A stretch of DNA of 64,000 bases, taken from positions 2,112,001 to 2,176,000 of the forward strand of contig CBDCTK010000002.1 of the NCBI GenBank assembly GCA_965222225.1. Direction: 5' to 3'. Numbering within the stretch: the first letter of the stretch is position 1; each line of letters begins with the position of its first letter. A program made the translations under genes and the position numbers. The DNA comes from Candidatus Poribacteria bacterium (GTDB taxonomy: Bacteria > Poribacteria > WGA-4E > JAJDTR01). Positions 59,981 to 64,000 of this stretch are shown piece by piece. The notes below the pieces were generated by a model. That model was not told the origin of the DNA, ran no database searches, and saw only the letters and a program-made list of their open reading frames with translations.

Positions 59981-62614
59981 TTGAGAAACATAAGTCGCGC
60001 TCCCGCAGCAAAACGCGTGGTATTGGATAACGGAATGACCGTGATTCTCCAAGAGATTCACCTTGTTCCGTTGGTATCCTTTCAGGCGTATGTAAAGGTT
60101 GGCAGCATTCACGAGGGGAAATATCTGGGATCGGGGATTTCACATTTTGTCGAGCATGTGATTGATGGCGGGACAAGACGGCGCGATCGCGCAAAAATCG
60201 ATGAAATTGTGGAAGCTGTCGGGAATTATTCCAACGCTTACACAACCAAAGACTACACGTTGTACTACATTACGGCACCGACTCATGCCATTGATCCAAC
60301 TCTTGATGTTCTGTCAGATTACCTCACTCAGCCAATCTTTCCACCGATTGAGGTGGAAATTCAGCGCAATGTTATCTACAACGAACTGAACGGCGACCTA
60401 GACGATCCAACTCAATTGCTTCACAATACCTTCTATCAAACCGCATTCCGTAAGCACCCGGTGCGCTTTCCCGTCGGCGGTTCCGCAGAATTGCTCGCGG
60501 AGTTAACACGAGAGAATCTCGTCGAATTTTTCCAACAACATTACGCCGCAAATAACCTAATCTTTGTTGCCACCGGGGATTTCAGCACGCCCGAGATGCT
60601 TGACAAGATCTCTAGTGCTTTCGAGAAACTTCCGAAACGCAGGTTGGCCGCGATTGAGTTGCCGCCCGAACCCCCTCAATTGGCTCCGAGACGCGCCGAG
60701 CGTACTATGGACACTGAGATGGCGTATTTGGGGATGGGGTTCCACACTGTAGACTTCAATCACGACGATGCCGTGCCATTGGATGTGATTTCAACACTGC
60801 TGGGTAGCGGTGAAAGTTCCCGACTCGTTAAAAGCCTAAAGAATCAGCAGCAAATCGCTCATACCGTTGACGTGTGGTCGGAGACGCCACATTATGATGC
60901 CGGTTGCCTCAGCGTGGAGATGGAGGTCGAGATTGAGAACCTTGAGAGAGCGGAGACCTCCCTCATAGAGCAGATGGAGCGTCTCAAGTCCGAACCGGTG
61001 ATGGAATCGGAATTTAATCGGGCGAAAACCATTGACGAGAGCGAATACCTGTTCACCTTGCAGACTGTCGAGGAACGCGGCACAATTTTCGGCATTGACG
61101 AGTTGACAACGGGCGATTATTATTACCATGAGAAATATCTACAAAAACTTTGTGCCGTGACCCCGGACGACATACGGCGTGTCGCGCGATCCTATTTTCG
61201 GAAAGAGAACCTGACAACGGTCATGGTTCGGCCCGATACGGGCAAACCGTCAATCGTAACCACGGTGGATACGGATTTTACATCCGATTTGGAAGCGACT
61301 TGTCCTGTTCAAAATTCAGTTTCGGCGATAACCGGCGAACTGCAAGATGCCGACATATCAACGGGTTCGGAAGCAAGGGATTCAACACCCCACAAGGATA
61401 CACTTCCCAACGGTCTATGTCTGTTGACAAAAAGCGTAGTCGCCGCACCCGTTGTATCAATCCAGGCGTTGTTTTTTGGAGGCACGCGATTCGAGACGGA
61501 GTTCAACAATGGTGTTTTTTACCTCATGTCCCATCTGCTATTGAAGGGTACAACATCGCGGAGTTCAGACGAGATCTTTGAATCTGTCGAAGCGAGAGGA
61601 GGAAGCATCAGCGCATACAGTGGACGTCAAGCCTTTGGGATAGGTCTAAATCTACTCTGTCGAGATTTGGAATACGGGTTGAAGCTATTATCCGATATCT
61701 TATTGAATCCCGCTTTTGATGAAAACGAGTTGAGAAAACTGAAGGAGGAGACGATTGTCAGCATTCAGTCGGAGGAAGACGACTGGTACGCGCTTGGAAA
61801 ACAGCAATTTCTCGAAACAATGTTTCACGAGCACCCGAACCGCTTAAGACCTCACGGCTCCGTCGCATCATTGACGAACTTATCCAAAGCGGAGATACGG
61901 AATTGCTATCACCGGTATTGTGGGCCAGATAATATGGTGCTCGGCGTGTACGGCGACCTCTTGCCACGTTCGGTGAAGGAGATCGTGCAGCAACATTTTG
62001 CGGACTTCCGGTCAGTCAATCTATCTTTTCCCGAAGTGCCGGCAGAGCCAGCCCTGCGTTGTGTCCGCAGTGTCGAACGGCGCAAAGAACTCGCACAAGC
62101 CGTGATATTTCAAGGATTTCGATGTGTTCCTCTTCAACATTCCGACCAAGAAATCGTCGAAGTTCTTAGTTGCCTATTATGTGGAGCCGGACATTCCGGC
62201 GGGCGAATCTACAAGCGACTTCGCCGCGAACAAATGGTGTATTATATCCACGGTTATCCATACTTCGGACTTGAGCACGGATACATATCACTATGCGCGT
62301 CTACTATGCCAAAAAACGTCGACTCCGTGCTGGAACAGATCGATGAAGAAATTCAAAGTTTGCAGCAGGAGCGCGTGTCCAATGACGAGCTAGACCGAGG
62401 AAAGCAGATGTGCATTACGACCCATTTAATCTCGACGCAGACCGCCGCGGATCAGGCATCAGCCGATGTCCTTGATGAACTCCACGGTCTTGGATATAAT
62501 AACTCAACGACGTATGCATCCAAGATAGCAAAGGTTACGGCTAGCGCAATTCAGCGTGCTGCGACCGAATTTCTGGACCTTAACAGGCGTGTCATTAGCA
62601 TCGTCAAACCGTAA
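59981..62614 (+). CDS. M16 (pitrilysin/insulinase) zinc peptidase with two fused units
   Basis: HFVEH (HXXEH) in the first half; the second half (TLPNGL...) lacks the motif. Confidence 0.92.
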   Translation: MRNISRAPAAKRVVLDNGMTVILQEIHLVPLVSFQAYVKVGSIHEGKYLGSGISHFVEHVIDGGTRRRDRAKIDEIVEAVGNYSNAYTTKDYTLYYITAPTHAIDPTLDVLSDYLTQPIFPPIEVEIQRNVIYNELNGDLDDPTQLLHNTFYQTAFRKHPVRFPVGGSAELLAELTRENLVEFFQQHYAANNLIFVATGDFSTPEMLDKISSAFEKLPKRRLAAIELPPEPPQLAPRRAERTMDTEMAYLGMGFHTVDFNHDDAVPLDVISTLLGSGESSRLVKSLKNQQQIAHTVDVWSETPHYDAGCLSVEMEVEIENLERAETSLIEQMERLKSEPVMESEFNRAKTIDESEYLFTLQTVEERGTIFGIDELTTGDYYYHEKYLQKLCAVTPDDIRRVARSYFRKENLTTVMVRPDTGKPSIVTTVDTDFTSDLEATCPVQNSVSAITGELQDADISTGSEARDSTPHKDTLPNGLCLLTKSVVAAPVVSIQALFFGGTRFETEFNNGVFYLMSHLLLKGTTSRSSDEIFESVEARGGSISAYSGRQAFGIGLNLLCRDLEYGLKLLSDILLNPAFDENELRKLKEETIVSIQSEEDDWYALGKQQFLETMFHEHPNRLRPHGSVASLTNLSKAEIRNCYHRYCGPDNMVLGVYGDLLPRSVKEIVQQHFADFRSVNLSFPEVPAEPALRCVRSVERRKELAQAVIFQGFRCVPLQHSDQEIVEVLSCLLCGAGHSGGRIYKRLRREQMVYYIHGYPYFGLEHGYISLCASTMPKNVDSVLEQIDEEIQSLQQERVSNDELDRGKQMCITTHLISTQTAADQASADVLDELHGLGYNNSTTYASKIAKVTASAIQRAATEFLDLNRRVISIVKP

Positions 62615-62693
62615 ACACAAGCAGGTAAATAGGATTACCCAAACTCCAGCGCCCATGTCAAACACTCAGAAATATCCAAAGGAGAAATCCATA

Positions 62694-64000
62694 ATGAGAA
62701 AGTGTGTGTTATCAAACATCCACATCCTGATTTGTATCACGGCGATTATATTCGCTGGCTGTGGTGCGAAGCAAACCGAGGCAACCCTCGAAACTCCGAA
62801 TGATGCCCAGACGGCAGCAACCTCGGAACCTCCTGTGTCCGTTGATCCCGATAGCGTTTTGAGCGTCATTCCCGGCGATGTTAATGGCTTAATCTACATC
62901 CGTAATCCGCTCGCGCTGAATGAGGAAATCAACGCACTCCTTGCCGAGTTAGTGCAGGGAGAGCCGCCGCACGAAATTATCGCGAAAACGCTAGCGGACA
63001 CGTTTGGCGCCGGTTTTGAAAGCTTGGAGGAATTGGAGGAACTTGGTCTAGATTTGGGCAAGGATTTCTGTGTGTTTTTCGCTGGCACAAAACCTCTCAT
63101 CCCCTGTGCCGCTGTCCACGTGAAAGCCCCGGAGGCGATTAAGCAGGTGATCGCCGCCGAGTCGGATGTCGGTAACACAGTCGAGTACAACGGTATGACC
63201 TACAATACCACGGAAGGGGGCAGCGCTTTTGTAATTCTGGGGAACTTCATGGTTTATTCGGGAATATCGGCTGTGTGCGAGAAAGCCATTGATACCCACA
63301 AGCAAGCGTTGCCGTCAATTGGCATGAACCCCGATTATGCCTCTCTCAAACTCGATCCCTCACTGGAGCGGAATGACATCTTGGCTTACTTCCCAATGGC
63401 GCCAATTGTAGAGATGTTAACCGAGGCAGCCAACGGAATGAAAGTTGACTTGGATGCAATGGAAGCGTCTGTTCCGGATCCTCAGGGGCTAACGATAGTT
63501 TCGAAAATGTTGGATTGGGGCCTCCAATTCCTCGATCAATCAGCGACGTTGAGCCTTACCTTGCAGTTGAATGGCACCGACTTACAGATTTCGCCTTACC
63601 TTAAGTTCAAAGAGGGCAGCGAAGCGCAAACATTGTTCAGTTCGGCGCCCTCGGAATTGACGCACCTCGACTATCTCTCACGGACAGCAGTGGTCAACAG
63701 CATGATGCACTTTCAGAAGGAAGCTTGGATTGATCTTACCGTGGACATTATGAAATTGCTTGCTCCTAGCGATTCGAATGCGGATAACCAAGGGCTTGAG
63801 AAAGCAACCCAAGACTTTATCGAAGCGTTATCCACTTTCTACGAACCCATTGGAGAGGAAGCCTCAGGTTCATTCAGCTTTAGTGGGAGCTTGATGCCGG
63901 ATATGGTGTTTATCAACGACATCGTCAATGAGGAGCAGGTTGCAACCTACATGAAAGAGGATTATCTTGCATATATGACATCCGCAGCGTCGTTGTACAA
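62694..64000 (+). CDS. Hypothetical lipoprotein, runs off the window end
   Basis: AAGGAG RBS; MRKCVLSNIHILICITAIIFAGC lipobox; frame appears open to the window end. Confidence 0.75.
   Translation, partial: MRKCVLSNIHILICITAIIFAGCGAKQTEATLETPNDAQTAATSEPPVSVDPDSVLSVIPGDVNGLIYIRNPLALNEEINALLAELVQGEPPHEIIAKTLADTFGAGFESLEELEELGLDLGKDFCVFFAGTKPLIPCAAVHVKAPEAIKQVIAAESDVGNTVEYNGMTYNTTEGGSAFVILGNFMVYSGISAVCEKAIDTHKQALPSIGMNPDYASLKLDPSLERNDILAYFPMAPIVEMLTEAANGMKVDLDAMEASVPDPQGLTIVSKMLDWGLQFLDQSATLSLTLQLNGTDLQISPYLKFKEGSEAQTLFSSAPSELTHLDYLSRTAVVNSMMHFQKEAWIDLTVDIMKLLAPSDSNADNQGLEKATQDFIEALSTFYEPIGEEASGSFSFSGSLMPDMVFINDIVNEEQVATYMKEDYLAYMTSAASLY

Overview
This is a bacterial chromosomal window of roughly balanced GC content. 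It most resembles Candidatus Poribacteria; this is an inference from the expanded secreted TolB/PD40-repeat proteins ending in an AVxP...WGx(I/L)K motif, tandem PhyH dioxygenases, many TPR proteins and an ECF-sigma fusion. Core genes include ndk, hsp20-lon, grxC-trxB, htrA, yebC-ruvC-ruvA-ruvB-queA-yajC and msrB. Accessory content includes a TIR-domain gene with an hsdS-like remnant, a partly decayed TolB-like/ECF-sigma cluster, a YceI protein with 32 Asn-Pro-Cys repeats, and tandem HelD-like helicases, the second cut by an IS1595-family element. The most unusual signal is non-coding: 12 dispersed copies of a ~37-nt cassette, GATCAA-NN-GA-NN-GRATA-NN-GA-NN-GCGATAGAGATCC. Its eight variable bases covary to keep a hairpin with tandem G.A pairs (47 of 48 stem pairs are Watson-Crick or G.T by my manual alignment). 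Most copies sit inside REP-like palindromes, at different positions in otherwise homologous MITE copies, and are often followed by 5'-truncated repeats of their own 3' tail. This suggests a possibly undescribed structured mobile or templated-insertion system whose enzyme is not encoded in this window. No rRNA, tRNA or CRISPR array was recognised.
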